From contig NZCD01000031.1 of the NCBI GenBank assembly GCA_002688135.1, positions 4,544-68,543 of the forward strand: 64,000 bases of DNA, read 5' to 3'. The translations under genes were made by a program, and so were the position numbers. The stretch comes from Parcubacteria group bacterium (lineage in GTDB: Bacteria; Patescibacteriota; Patescibacteriia; Magasanikbacterales; GCA-002688135). The notes under the pieces were generated by a model, which ran no database searches, was not told the DNA's origin, and saw nothing but the letters and a program-made list of their open reading frames with translations. This document shows positions 21,074 through 31,704 of the stretch, piece after piece (position 1 is the stretch's first letter; each line of letters starts with the position of its first letter).

Positions 21074-22165
21074 ATGAACGTACTCCTTCTTAGTTTTGAT
21101 AAAAAAATCCTCAACAAGGAAACAGAGTCGTACGAACGTATGACTCGTTATGCCGAACACACATCAATGCTCGGTGTTATTGTTCTTTCACGATGCGAAG
21201 AAGAGGGGGTAGAGCACGGATCATTCATCGCAACTGGATTCACAGGAAACCCAATCACAAGATTATGGAAAGCATACAAAACTCTTAAGCGGTGGAATAA
21301 AAAGTACAACGCAAACATCATCAGCTCGCAAGAACCATTTGAAAGTGGTTTCATTGCATGGCTTGTTACTCGAAAAAGCAAGGCTGCACTAGAAGTACAA
21401 CTTCATGGTGATTTCTATGGAAATTCATTTTGGAAAAATCAATCATGGATAAATAAAATTCGAGCAAAGATTGGACTGTTCGTATTAAGACGAGCAGAAA
21501 GCGTACGAGTTGTCTCACAAAGAATTAAAAAAAGTTTGACAGAAAAAGGAATTTCAGAAAACAAAATAACCGTTACGCCAGTTGCCGCCCAAAGTACATC
21601 AGAAATGACGGAGCATGAGTCGCATGATGATTTCACTGTTCTTGTGGTGTCACGCCTAACAAAAGAAAAAAATGTAACATTACTCACAAGAGCAATGCCT
21701 TACATCTGCGGAAGTATTCCAGGGGCGCAATGCTTGGTGATTGGTGACGGACCACAAAAAAATGAAATTCTCGCCAGTGCAAAAAGTATTGGTATTGCGG
21801 AGTCGATTCATCTACACGGATACAAACGAGACCTTTCTCATTACTATGCTCATGCGGATGTTGTTGTCATACCATCGCACACTGAAGGATGGGGGCGTGT
21901 TGCAATAGAGGCAATGTCACACAAAAAACCAATCGTTATGACAGATGTAGGAGTAGCAGGAGAAATAATCAAACACAATCACAACGGACTTGTCATTCCA
22001 GAAAATGATGCAGGGGCGCTAGCAGAAGCAGTGATAAGATTACGAGAAAATAAAGAACTAGCAAAACAACTTGCAACACAAGCACGACGAGATTTCGAAT
22101 CACTCGCACAGGAAAAGGACACACAGGAAATTATGATTGAAACATGGAAAAAAATGCTCGTATGA
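21074..22165 (+). CDS. Glycosyltransferase family 4
   Basis: Motifs VQLHGD, VSRLTKEK, PSHTEGWGRVAIEAM. Confidence 0.9.
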   Translation: MNVLLLSFDKKILNKETESYERMTRYAEHTSMLGVIVLSRCEEEGVEHGSFIATGFTGNPITRLWKAYKTLKRWNKKYNANIISSQEPFESGFIAWLVTRKSKAALEVQLHGDFYGNSFWKNQSWINKIRAKIGLFVLRRAESVRVVSQRIKKSLTEKGISENKITVTPVAAQSTSEMTEHESHDDFTVLVVSRLTKEKNVTLLTRAMPYICGSIPGAQCLVIGDGPQKNEILASAKSIGIAESIHLHGYKRDLSHYYAHADVVVIPSHTEGWGRVAIEAMSHKKPIVMTDVGVAGEIIKHNHNGLVIPENDAGALAEAVIRLRENKELAKQLATQARRDFESLAQEKDTQEIMIETWKKMLV

Positions 22166-23292
22166 ATATACTCATCATAAACGGAACAAGATCTCATGTC
22201 GTTAAAACAGCGGCTCTACTTCGGTACAACACAGAATTAAAACATGTATATGCAGGAACTGACGATGGAATCGAGAGATTATGCGCAGAGCTTGAAATTG
22301 CGAAACCTCTCTCACTAGTACATATCGATCAAACACAGCCTGACAATGCATTTCCAGAAACCCTCAAAGTATGTGAAGAAGTAATACAAAAAATACAGCC
22401 GGACATGGTATGTGTGATGGGTGAGAGTCTCACAACATACGCCGCAAGCATAGCAGCACACATAATAAAAAAACCACTTATAAAATTAAGTGCGGGAAAT
22501 CGATATCATAAATCATGGATTCGAGAAGAAGCATATGCAATTCTTTCTGACCATATGGCATCAGTATTATGCGCAGATGATGAGTATGCAATGGATAATT
22601 TAGAAAAAGAATCGATAGATCCAAAGAAATGCTATTTGACAGGAGGTTTGCACATTGACTCATTGTTGCGATACGAAAAAATCGCTCCGCACAGCAAGAT
22701 ACTAAAGAAAATAGACCTACCATCTCGGGGCTATGCACTGCTTTCTTTTCATCGACCAGCAAATACTCTGCATTTCAAGAAAGCGCAAGAGCTGTTCGGT
22801 GCAGCATGTGAAATTCATGATATACTGCCAGTAGTCAGCGCGTTGCATCCACACACCCAAAATATTTCAAAAGCTTTCGATTTAAAATGGAAATCGAAAT
22901 ACGCACCACAAGCACTAAAACGCATTCCGTATATAGATCACTTGCATCTCTTACAAAATGCATCTGTAGTCTTAACTGATTCATCATCAGTACAAGATGA
23001 AGCGTCGGCATTGGGAGTACCCTGCCTCACGCTTGCAGATGAAACAAATAGAATGCAATCTATACACGAAGGAACGAATGTATGCGTCGGAACATTCCGC
23101 GAAGATATTGTTCAGCAAACCAGAAAAGCCCTTCGTGGGAATTGGAAGCGCAGATCAATAAATCTGCCACTTCATGATGGGCTATCTGCACAGCGAACAC
23201 TAAGAGCAATCAAACTTGAAGAAGGTGTGCCGAAGTCACGCATCGACATTTTTGTCCCTGAAATGAGAAATCATATGAAAGGGGAGGTATAG
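22162..23292 (+). CDS. UDP-N-acetylglucosamine 2-epimerase-like protein, divergent
   Basis: WecB-like layout with degenerate motifs (GTRSHVVK, KLSAGNR, FHRPAN, LTDSSSVQDEA, HDGLSAQR). Confidence 0.7.
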   Translation: MNILIINGTRSHVVKTAALLRYNTELKHVYAGTDDGIERLCAELEIAKPLSLVHIDQTQPDNAFPETLKVCEEVIQKIQPDMVCVMGESLTTYAASIAAHIIKKPLIKLSAGNRYHKSWIREEAYAILSDHMASVLCADDEYAMDNLEKESIDPKKCYLTGGLHIDSLLRYEKIAPHSKILKKIDLPSRGYALLSFHRPANTLHFKKAQELFGAACEIHDILPVVSALHPHTQNISKAFDLKWKSKYAPQALKRIPYIDHLHLLQNASVVLTDSSSVQDEASALGVPCLTLADETNRMQSIHEGTNVCVGTFREDIVQQTRKALRGNWKRRSINLPLHDGLSAQRTLRAIKLEEGVPKSRIDIFVPEMRNHMKGEV

Positions 23293-23293
23293 T

Positions 23294-25141
23294 ATGTGCG
23301 CAATCAATGGATTCACATGGCGCGATCTTGATACGATCACAGCCATGAACAACATCACGAAACACAGGGGGCCGGATGATTCCGGTGTCTTTTGTGATGA
23401 CGGAATTTCGTTGGGGCATAACAGACTCTCAATTATCGATCTCTCTCAAAAAGCACATCAACCCATGAAAACAGAAGATGGCAGATTTACAATTTCGTAT
23501 AATGGAGAACTTTATAACTTCAAAGAACTTAAAAAACAGTTGAGCGAAAAAGGTGTTCAGTTTAATTCAGACTCAGACACAGAAGTTATTCTCAAATTAT
23601 ACAAAGAAAAAGGCATTGAGATGCTACAAGACTTAATCGGAATATTCGCAATTTCAATTTGGGATAATCACAAAAAAGAATTATTTCTCGCTCGCGACCA
23701 CTTCGGCATCAAACCACTCTACTATCACTACGATGGCGCGCGACTCATCTTCTCATCAGAAGCAAAAGCACTCTTTGAACACACCATTTCAAAAGATGTA
23801 GATCCAATTTCACTGAACAATTATTTGAGATTCCTATATTGCGTTGGTCCGCGCACAATGTGGCAACACATCAAAAAAATGCCAGCCGGATCATACGGAA
23901 TCTACAAAGATGGAAATTTTCAAATTAAAAAATACTTCTCGCTCAAAACAAAAGACATTCCAGAAAAGAAACATGAAATCGAAGAACTCATTCGAGGGCA
24001 CGTCAGAGAGGCTGTAAAATCACAACTCATATCAGATCGACCTGTTGGAATATTTCTCTCCGGAGGATTAGATTCCTCTATCGTCGCAGCAATAATGGCA
24101 CAAGAAGCATCTGGAACAATAAACTCATTTTCAGTCGGTTTCGACACAAAAGTAAATCCAGAAAAATTCAATGCAGATTTTAAAATAGCTGCCCAAACAG
24201 CAAAACATTTTGGCTTTAATCATCACGAAGTGACTATCACAAATCAAGACATGGTAGATCATCTGGAAGATTGCATCTATTCAATGGATGAGCCTGTTTC
24301 AAATCCTATTCAAGTTGCAACATACATACTCGCAAAAAAAGCAAAACAGGATGTTGCAGTAGTTTTGGGTGGAGATGGCGGAGATGAATTATTTGGTGGA
24401 TATGATAGATATTATTACTACAGAATGCTTGATCGAATACAGAAAATCGCGCCATTTGTAAAAAATAAAAAGAATGCAAATTTGATTGCAAAGCTATTCA
24501 AAAAACCAGCTCTCGCACGAAAACTCCAATCCGAGCCAGGGCTGGGTCGTTTCTTCACAATGATGGCACAAAAAGAAGATCTATTAAGAAAATTCGTAAA
24601 ACCAGGATACAACAACGGTATACTATCAATAGGATCATACAAGCAATTTTTTGACAATAATCTTGAAGATCCAATTAACAAAATGATGTGGGCAGACGCT
24701 CAAACATGGCTCACAGATGAATCCCTCATCAGATCAGACAAGCTCACGATGGCGCATGGTTTAGAGCAGCGTGTACCACTTCTTGATCCGCGTCTGGTAG
24801 AATTGGCATATTCAATTCCATCACATCACAAACTCCACTCAAAATCAGAAGGCAAAAAAATATACAAAGACGCATTCGCACCAATGCTTCCAGAATTTGT
24901 ATTAGAACAAAAGAAACGAGGATTCTTCTCGCCAACTGCAAAATGGCTTCGCGAAGAACCTCTAAAATCATACATCTACAAAATCCTCTCGCCAACATAC
25001 TGCCCACAAACCGCAGACTGGTTCGATTGGGACGCAATCAAAAAAATCACAGACGACCACATAAATTTCAAAGGATACGCACTCAACACAATTTGGTCGA
25101 TTGTCACCCTACAAATCTGGGCTAAGAAATTTCTGAATTAA
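23294..25141 (+). CDS. asnB: Asparagine synthase (glutamine-hydrolysing) family amidotransferase
   Basis: N-terminal MCAING; motifs [47 protein letters not shown]. Confidence 0.92.
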   Translation: MCAINGFTWRDLDTITAMNNITKHRGPDDSGVFCDDGISLGHNRLSIIDLSQKAHQPMKTEDGRFTISYNGELYNFKELKKQLSEKGVQFNSDSDTEVILKLYKEKGIEMLQDLIGIFAISIWDNHKKELFLARDHFGIKPLYYHYDGARLIFSSEAKALFEHTISKDVDPISLNNYLRFLYCVGPRTMWQHIKKMPAGSYGIYKDGNFQIKKYFSLKTKDIPEKKHEIEELIRGHVREAVKSQLISDRPVGIFLSGGLDSSIVAAIMAQEASGTINSFSVGFDTKVNPEKFNADFKIAAQTAKHFGFNHHEVTITNQDMVDHLEDCIYSMDEPVSNPIQVATYILAKKAKQDVAVVLGGDGGDELFGGYDRYYYYRMLDRIQKIAPFVKNKKNANLIAKLFKKPALARKLQSEPGLGRFFTMMAQKEDLLRKFVKPGYNNGILSIGSYKQFFDNNLEDPINKMMWADAQTWLTDESLIRSDKLTMAHGLEQRVPLLDPRLVELAYSIPSHHKLHSKSEGKKIYKDAFAPMLPEFVLEQKKRGFFSPTAKWLREEPLKSYIYKILSPTYCPQTADWFDWDAIKKITDDHINFKGYALNTIWSIVTLQIWAKKFLN

Positions 25142-25142
25142 T

Positions 25143-26609
25143 ATGGATACACAATGCTACGACATAATGAATCAACAGGAGGAGAAGCATTGGTGGTTTC
25201 GCGCCAAGGCAGATATTGTAATTCGATTATTAGAAAAAAATATCGGTCCACTTATAGGTAAAAAGATTTTGGATGTTGGATGCGGCACGGGGTACATGTT
25301 ACAAAGACTCACTGATAAAGGCGCAGTAGTCTATGGAATAGACCCCAGCTGCAGCGCAGTTGGATATGCAAAGAAAAAATCTAACTCAACAGTGGTATTG
25401 GGAGAAGGAGAATCAATTCCATTTCCATCAAACTCATTTGATGTGGTGTGCGCATTAGATGTATTGGAACACCGCGAAAATGACAAAAAAGCTATAGAAG
25501 AAATCAAGCGAGTTTTGAAACCAAATGGATATGCACTCATAACAGTTCCTGCGTTACAATCACTTTGGACAAAGCAAGACGAGCGACTACATCACCATCG
25601 TAGATACGCAAAAGATGAGTTGCGAGATATTATTCAACCGCTCGGAGAAATTCACAAAATAAGTTATTACAATTCATTTTTATTTCCTCCAATCGCCACA
25701 GTAAAAATTGCAAAAAGATTCATCCCATCACTCGATACAAAAGATGAAGTGGACATGACACCAAAAGGATGGATCAATAATGCGTTATATAAAATATTCT
25801 CATCAGAAAAGCACCTCATCACTCGCATGTCGCTCCCAATCGGAGTTTCATTGCTTTCGCTAAGTCAATATTGCCCAAATCAAGAAAATCAGCTACCATG
25901 GCAACTTATGAAAGTTTCAATAATCATTCCGTGTTACAACGAAAAAAAGACAATTCGCGAGATTGTCTCTCGTGTAAAAGCATCTCCAATTTCAGAAGAA
26001 AAGGAGATTATTATTGTTGACGATTTCTCAACAGATGGAACGCGAGACATTTTGGCAGAAATAGAAAATGAGGGAGTCACTGTCGCATACCAAAAAGAAA
26101 ACCAAGGAAAAGGTGCGGCACTTCGCGCGGGATTTGCAAAAGCAACGGGAGATGTATGTATCATTCAAGATGCAGATTTAGAATATAATCCTGATGAATA
26201 CAATCGACTGCTTGATCCTATTCGTGATGGCAACGCAGATGTAGTTTATGGATCAAGATTTGTTGGTTCTGATGCTCATCGTGTTTTATACTATTGGCAT
26301 TCAATAGGAAATAAATTTCTAACATGGATGTCCAACATGTTCACAAATGTGAACCTAACTGATATGGAAACATGCTACAAAGTATTCAAAACACCAATCA
26401 TAAAAGAAATCCTACCACACTTAAAATCCGACAGATTTGGATTTGAACCAGAAGTCACTGCGCGTCTTGCTCGTCGACGAGTCCGCATGTACGAAGTTGG
26501 AATTTCATATCAAGGGCGAACATACGAAGAAGGAAAAAAGATCGGATGGTGGGATGGAGTAAAAGCGATTTTTTCAATTTTCTACTTCAACGTCATAGAT
26601 AGAAAGTGA
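25143..26609 (+). CDS. Class I SAM methyltransferase fused to a GT2 (DPM/DPG-synthase-like) glycosyltransferase
   Basis: N-terminal [21 protein letters not shown]; from 25908 [36 protein letters not shown]. Confidence 0.85.
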   Translation: MDTQCYDIMNQQEEKHWWFRAKADIVIRLLEKNIGPLIGKKILDVGCGTGYMLQRLTDKGAVVYGIDPSCSAVGYAKKKSNSTVVLGEGESIPFPSNSFDVVCALDVLEHRENDKKAIEEIKRVLKPNGYALITVPALQSLWTKQDERLHHHRRYAKDELRDIIQPLGEIHKISYYNSFLFPPIATVKIAKRFIPSLDTKDEVDMTPKGWINNALYKIFSSEKHLITRMSLPIGVSLLSLSQYCPNQENQLPWQLMKVSIIIPCYNEKKTIREIVSRVKASPISEEKEIIIVDDFSTDGTRDILAEIENEGVTVAYQKENQGKGAALRAGFAKATGDVCIIQDADLEYNPDEYNRLLDPIRDGNADVVYGSRFVGSDAHRVLYYWHSIGNKFLTWMSNMFTNVNLTDMETCYKVFKTPIIKEILPHLKSDRFGFEPEVTARLARRRVRMYEVGISYQGRTYEEGKKIGWWDGVKAIFSIFYFNVIDRK

Positions 26610-26616
26610 CACGCAG

Positions 26617-26643
26617 TGTCATCCCGGCGCAGGCCGGGATCCA
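26617..26643 (+). repeat. TGTC-tagged REP-like palindrome (single unit)
   Basis: tgtc-atcccggc-gcag-gccgggat-cca between stop 26609 and start 26649. Confidence 0.8.
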
Positions 26644-26648
26644 GTATT

Positions 26649-28841
26649 ATGAATAATAAGATTCCGTGTTCAGTCACGATTCTCACACTAAACAATGAAG
26701 ATACGATTAGACAGTGCCTCGACTCTGTCTCTTTTTGTGATGACATTATCGTACTGGATGGAAACTCTACAGATAAAACAGTTGAGATCGCAAAGGAGTT
26801 TGGAGCACGTATATACCCCCAAGTTGAAGGGCCACATGCAAATATAGCGATTCAGAACTTCACACAGATGCGCGTGAAATCATTTAACCTCGCAAAAAAC
26901 GACTGGGTATTTTATGTTGATTCAGATGAGTATATTGATGAAGACTTGAAAGAAGAAATTCAAAAACTCGTACAAGACAATGACAAAAATATAGTAGGAC
27001 GATTCCGTCGCATTGCAATCGTGGAAGGAAAGAAAATCGACAAAGCATATTTCTATCCAGAATTTGCAGATCGTCTCATAAACAGAAAAGCCGGAATTCA
27101 TTGGAAGCCAGGATCGCGCGTACATGAATCTTTAGTCTTTCCAGAAGGAGCTGAAAAGAAAGAATTAAAAGGAGAACTGTTTTCATATTGGCCAGATTTA
27201 GAAAAATGCAAAAAGAAGGACAAACATTATTTGAAATTGGCACGGGAAAAATTTATTGATGCCGCACACAAAACAAAATGGACAGATTTTTTGAGAGGAT
27301 TATGGAAGAATACACTCCGAGCAAAAAAAGTGTTCGCTCTTGCGCTGTGGCTTCCGCTACGATATCGAGACGAAAATGTCCTCCCATTTCGTTATCATAT
27401 GAGATTTTTTTGGTACAACCTGATCCATGCCTGGCATCCTGTAAAATTTAAAGCACTCATTGTAGCATCATGGAAACGACTTCCCAAAATGCTCAAAACA
27501 ATCATGATGGCTGCACTAGTAATTAGAGTAGTATTATTTGCAGTCCTTCTCATCACACAAGGACAATCAAGTTTTGTATATGGACCAAACGGTGATGCAG
27601 TAGAATTCGTCACAATCGCAGAAAACATAAAAAATCACGGAGAATTTTCATTATCAGAAAGTGAGCCATTTTTAGCCAATGACTTCAGAACACCCGGAAT
27701 GCCAGCATTCCTATTGCTCACCGGCGGCGCGCATGGAGCATACTGGCCAGGAGTAGTCGTTCAGATCCTCGCATCATTGGCGCTAATTTTAATGATCTAC
27801 TTTTTCACAAAAAGATACTTCAATGAAAACATCGCATTCATCGCAGCCGGCCTCGCAGCACTCGAACCAAACATGTGGTACTGGCCAACACAGTTAATCG
27901 GAGAATCACTTTTTACAGTTTTCCTATTTGGTGCAATATATTGCTTCGTAGATTATTTAGAATCCAAAAGAATGGGTGTATTGATCGGATACGCAATCCT
28001 ATTAGCAATCGCAACATACTTAAGACAAATATCATATCCACTAATTTTCCTTCTGCCGCTCGTCGGATTATTGAGCATTAACAAACAACGATTCACAAAA
28101 ATGGCAATCGCCGTCATGATGCCGCTCGTTCTTCTCGCACCATGGTTCTACAGAAACCATGTCGTGCTCGGAGATTTCACATACGGTTCATCATTCGCAG
28201 TTCGTGGAAGCGTAGGAAAATACGTGGAAAGCTACACACAAAAGAAATTCCAAAAGCCACCAATAGAAGTATATGAAGAATTGCAAAATGTTTCAGGAGA
28301 AGATGCAGCAGGCGCTATGATGGGAGTAGCACTCAAATCACTAGCAAAAGATCCGCTTGCATATATTGGAATCGGAGCAACAACTCTCGTACCATTTTTC
28401 GCATCAGATGGTTGGTTCACTATCGCAAAATCTGTAGAGCCAACATTTGAAATCGGAGCATTCGACAAAACATGGCTGGGAGAACCGGGAGCCTTCGAAA
28501 CATTCGTTTCAAATTATGTTCAATCTGGCGGAATCGTATTTCTCATCGCAAAAGCACTATATGCATTATTGACGCTCGCAATCTTATTCGGTTTACTCAT
28601 AGCATTGAAAGATAAGCAAAGCAGAAAGTTAGTGCTGTTACTTTTTCTTGTAATATTATATTTCGCTGCAGCATCGGGACTCGGCAGCTATGCAAGATTC
28701 CGCTATCCTATTCAGCCAATACTATTCATTTTCGCTGCAATTTTTCTAGCTCGATACAGCAGGCTGTCATCCCAAGCCAATAGGCTGTCATCCCGAGCCA
28801 ATAGTCTGTCATCCCGAGCGAAGTCGAGGGATCCCTCTTAA
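26649..28841 (+). CDS. GT2 glycosyltransferase fused to a multi-pass GT-C (ArnT/PMT-like, GT39-type) domain
   Basis: N-terminal ILTLNNE, LDGNSTD, VDSDE, VHE; C-terminal TM domain with RTPGMPAFL, ESLF, PWFYRN, ARFRYP. Confidence 0.8.
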   Translation: MNNKIPCSVTILTLNNEDTIRQCLDSVSFCDDIIVLDGNSTDKTVEIAKEFGARIYPQVEGPHANIAIQNFTQMRVKSFNLAKNDWVFYVDSDEYIDEDLKEEIQKLVQDNDKNIVGRFRRIAIVEGKKIDKAYFYPEFADRLINRKAGIHWKPGSRVHESLVFPEGAEKKELKGELFSYWPDLEKCKKKDKHYLKLAREKFIDAAHKTKWTDFLRGLWKNTLRAKKVFALALWLPLRYRDENVLPFRYHMRFFWYNLIHAWHPVKFKALIVASWKRLPKMLKTIMMAALVIRVVLFAVLLITQGQSSFVYGPNGDAVEFVTIAENIKNHGEFSLSESEPFLANDFRTPGMPAFLLLTGGAHGAYWPGVVVQILASLALILMIYFFTKRYFNENIAFIAAGLAALEPNMWYWPTQLIGESLFTVFLFGAIYCFVDYLESKRMGVLIGYAILLAIATYLRQISYPLIFLLPLVGLLSINKQRFTKMAIAVMMPLVLLAPWFYRNHVVLGDFTYGSSFAVRGSVGKYVESYTQKKFQKPPIEVYEELQNVSGEDAAGAMMGVALKSLAKDPLAYIGIGATTLVPFFASDGWFTIAKSVEPTFEIGAFDKTWLGEPGAFETFVSNYVQSGGIVFLIAKALYALLTLAILFGLLIALKDKQSRKLVLLLFLVILYFAAASGLGSYARFRYPIQPILFIFAAIFLARYSRLSSQANRLSSRANSLSSRAKSRDPS
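28761..28835 (+). repeat. Three tandem 21-bp units derived from a TGTC-tagged repeat, in frame at the CDS end
   Basis: aggctgtcatcccaagccaat / aggctgtcatcccgagccaat / agtctgtcatcccgagcgaag, then tcgagggatccc; encodes RLSSQAN RLSSRAN SLSSRAK SRDP. Confidence 0.85.
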
Positions 28842-28845
28842 CAAT

Positions 28846-29535
28846 ATGAAAAACATAAGTTTCATCATCCCCGCATACAACGAAGAAAAATCAATTCGAA
28901 CTGCGATTGAGGAGGTTTTGAAATACGCTGATGAAAATTTAGACACATGCGAAGTAATCGTAGTTGATGATGGGAGCGCAGATGGAACCGCGACATACGC
29001 GTCAGCTTATCCAGATCAGCGAGTAAAACTAATCAAACACAAAACAAATAAAGGAAAAGGCGCGGCAGTAAAAACAGGAGTTGATGCAGCGACGGGGGAA
29101 TGGATTATTTTTCTTGATGCTGATCTTTCAACTCATCCGAGAGATGTCGAAACTCTCAAACCATTCGCACACACACACGACATCATGATCGGCTCACGTG
29201 CACTCCCAGAATCAAACCTCACCAAACGACAACCAAAACGAAGAGAATTACAAGGGCGATTATTCAACAAAGTAATTAAAAAATTCCTAGGACTTCCTTT
29301 TGAGGACACGCAATGCGGATTCAAAGCATTTCACAAAAAAACAAAACACATCTTTTCTGCTCTCCAAACAGACGGCTGGATCTTCGATGTAGAACTCTTA
29401 AAATTCGCACAAAAAAATGGATACTCCATAAAAGAAGTGCCCATCACCTGGCAGGATGATCCGGATTCTCGGGTGAGATCATCTCATGCCATCCAAATCC
29501 TCCGCGACCTCTACAACGCAAAACGCAGAATATAA
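28846..29535 (+). CDS. Polyprenyl/dolichyl-phosphate glycosyltransferase (GT2, DPG-synthase-like)
   Basis: Motifs IPAYNEE, VDDGS, NKGKGAAV, FLDADLS, DTQCGFK, FDVELL. Confidence 0.9.
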   Translation: MKNISFIIPAYNEEKSIRTAIEEVLKYADENLDTCEVIVVDDGSADGTATYASAYPDQRVKLIKHKTNKGKGAAVKTGVDAATGEWIIFLDADLSTHPRDVETLKPFAHTHDIMIGSRALPESNLTKRQPKRRELQGRLFNKVIKKFLGLPFEDTQCGFKAFHKKTKHIFSALQTDGWIFDVELLKFAQKNGYSIKEVPITWQDDPDSRVRSSHAIQILRDLYNAKRRI

Positions 29536-29557
29536 AAAAACCGCGTACGCGGTTTTT
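29536..29557. terminator. Bidirectional Rho-independent terminator
   Basis: aaaaaccgcg-ta-cgcggttttt between convergent genes. Confidence 0.75.
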
Positions 29558-29562
29558 GTGAA

Positions 29563-30087
29563 TTACTCGTTTCTTTCCCCAGCATGCTCTAAAATTTCTT
29601 CTGGATCGCTGGGCGACACCTCAAGATTTTCAATCCTGAAACTCCAGTTATTATAAATACTCTCCATCATGCGATGATTAAACTCAGACTTTTGACCGAT
29701 TGAAGTAATTCGTTCTTTCGATTCGTATGCTTGGGCTACAACATACTCACGAAAAGATTTGTATTCCCTTTTGTGACCCCTATAGTCAAGTCGTAGATCA
29801 CCTACGATCTCTGTGAGTGCATTGAAACTAGTTATAAGCCTGTCCTGCAGTTCTGACAGTCCATTGATATTGTTCGCTGAAACTGAATTGCTCTCTGACA
29901 TCGCTAGCTGCCCAATCGAGATTACTGAAATTCGATTCTGATGTGAATACAGAATATACGCCTGAACTGCGCAAATTATAAACAGCATCAGAGTTGCGAA
30001 TTTTAGAAATCGAATATCAGACAGAATTATTTCATGCGACTTACTCTCTTGTTCATCCTGCCATTCTGGCGGCATTTCGTCTGTCAT
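29563..30087 (-). CDS. Hypothetical single-TM protein with coiled-coil-like C-terminus
   Basis: AGGAGG SD before MTDEMPPEW; one TM segment (FATLMLFIICAVQAYILY); has its own promoter and terminator. Confidence 0.65.
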   Translation of the reverse strand: MTDEMPPEWQDEQESKSHEIILSDIRFLKFATLMLFIICAVQAYILYSHQNRISVISIGQLAMSESNSVSANNINGLSELQDRLITSFNALTEIVGDLRLDYRGHKREYKSFREYVVAQAYESKERITSIGQKSEFNHRMMESIYNNWSFRIENLEVSPSDPEEILEHAGERNE

Positions 30088-30123
30088 CTGGAGCCTCCTA
30101 TTGCCGTACAATGACCTAGACAC

Positions 30124-30152
30124 AGGCTAGCAGAATTTGGGATGTATGTCAA
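30124..30152 (-). promoter_or_regulatory. Sigma70 promoter
   Basis: Minus strand TTGACA-17 nt-TAGCCT with TGn extension. Confidence 0.55.
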
Positions 30153-30154
30153 GA

Positions 30155-31552
30155 TTAAAACTGATAATAGAGGAAGACTTGTTGTGTGTAGTTCATTAAA
30201 ATTAAACTAACGACAAACAAGAAAGCGAGCAGTATTGCGACGCTTTTTTTGGTTGAGTATTTTATTTCGAATGAGTTTGGCGCGAAGAGTGCAATGAGGG
30301 CACCAACAAAAAGCATGCCAAATAATATAATTTGAGATTCGAGATTCCATGCAGCAGGCATGGTCCAATTATCAAATGAGAACATCGCACGAAGCATGTT
30401 CGTAGAATCACCAAACGTGATGTTGCGGAAAAATACCCAGGAAATCATTACCAAGAAAAGTGTGAGAAATCGGCGGAACCAATAATTAAGTTTGTCATGC
30501 CATGGCTTAATAATCTTCGTCACGCCCAAAAGCGTTCCATGAATTCCACCCCACACAACAAAATTCCACGAAGCGCCATGCCACAAACCACCCAACAACA
30601 TCGTCAGCATCATATTTATAAATGTCCGAACTGTTCCTTTTCGAGAGCCTCCCAAAGGAATATATAAATAATCTTTCAACCACGCAGAAAGCGACATATG
30701 CCAACGCCGCCAAAAATCCTGAATATCAACAGCCTTATATGGCGAATGGAAGTTCTGTGGGAATTTCAAACCGAACAATAAACCAAGTCCAAGTGCCATA
30801 TCCGAATATCCAGAGAAATCAAAATACAATTGAAGTGTGTAACCGATAATCGCTACCCAAGCAGTGAGTGCATATAAATCACCAGTATTAGCAAACAATG
30901 GATTGATGAAATGCGCGATCGTATCAGCGATAATAACCTTCTTCGCCAAACCAACAAGAAACATCGAACCTCCACGATGAAACGATTGTGTGCGACCATG
31001 CTGATCAATATTCTCCAAATCACTATCAATATCAGAAAATCGGACAATCGGCCCGGCGACAAGTTGTGGAAATAGCGAAACATAACATGCAAACTCCATG
31101 AAATTTTTCGTAGGCTTCAATTTCCCACGATACACATCAATCGTGTAACTCATGGTTTGGAAGGTAAAGAACGAAATTCCAACCGGCAAAATGATATCGA
31201 GATTCGGCAAAGTAGGGGAGAGTTGGAATAGCGTAAAGAGTGATTGTAGCGAATCGATCGAGAAATTGAAGTATTTAAAGAATCCCAACATCCCCAAATT
31301 CGCAGCGAGAGAAATCAACAGCACCATCTTCTTTTTCTTCCCCTCATGTTTTGGAATCTGTCGAGCAACGTAAAAATCGATAATCGTAGAAACGAGTAAA
31401 AGTGCAGTAAATCGCCAATCCCAATATCCATAAAAAATATAAGACGCCAAGGTCAACCAAATGTATCGAGGTTGCTTTCCACGCAACATCCAAAAACCAA
31501 GCCATGCGATTGGGAAAAATACAAACAGGAAAATGTAGGAATTGAAAATCAT
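30155..31552 (-). CDS. MBOAT family O-acyltransferase (AlgI/DltB-like)
   Basis: Motifs MIFNS, FFKY, LPVGISFFTFQ, FPQLVAGPI, YFDFSGYSDMA, FWRRWHMSLS, GLWHGA. Confidence 0.92.
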   Translation of the reverse strand: MIFNSYIFLFVFFPIAWLGFWMLRGKQPRYIWLTLASYIFYGYWDWRFTALLLVSTIIDFYVARQIPKHEGKKKKMVLLISLAANLGMLGFFKYFNFSIDSLQSLFTLFQLSPTLPNLDIILPVGISFFTFQTMSYTIDVYRGKLKPTKNFMEFACYVSLFPQLVAGPIVRFSDIDSDLENIDQHGRTQSFHRGGSMFLVGLAKKVIIADTIAHFINPLFANTGDLYALTAWVAIIGYTLQLYFDFSGYSDMALGLGLLFGLKFPQNFHSPYKAVDIQDFWRRWHMSLSAWLKDYLYIPLGGSRKGTVRTFINMMLTMLLGGLWHGASWNFVVWGGIHGTLLGVTKIIKPWHDKLNYWFRRFLTLFLVMISWVFFRNITFGDSTNMLRAMFSFDNWTMPAAWNLESQIILFGMLFVGALIALFAPNSFEIKYSTKKSVAILLAFLFVVSLILMNYTQQVFLYYQF

Positions 31553-31558
31553 AATCGA

Positions 31559-31592
31559 GAAGCAGGAATTAAGAATTAAGAATACGCTTCGC
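31559..31592 (-). repeat. Half heptamer-array element upstream of the MBOAT start
   Basis: Minus strand gcgaagc followed by attc-ttaattc-ttaattc-ctgcttc just before the ATG. Confidence 0.5.
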
Positions 31593-31617
31593 TTGGCTGT
31601 TACACAGCTTGTAGAAT

Positions 31618-31686
31618 TGTCATCCCGGCGAAGGCCGGGATCCATGCTGATTAGCAAGATGGATCCCGGCCTTCGCCGGGATGACA
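31618..31686. repeat. TGTC-tagged REP-like doublet (perfect 28-bp inverted repeat)
   Basis: tgtcatcccggcgaaggccgggatccat-13 nt-atggatcccggccttcgccgggatgaca. Confidence 0.9.
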
Positions 31687-31704
31687 GTCTAGGGGCTGCG
31701 ATGG

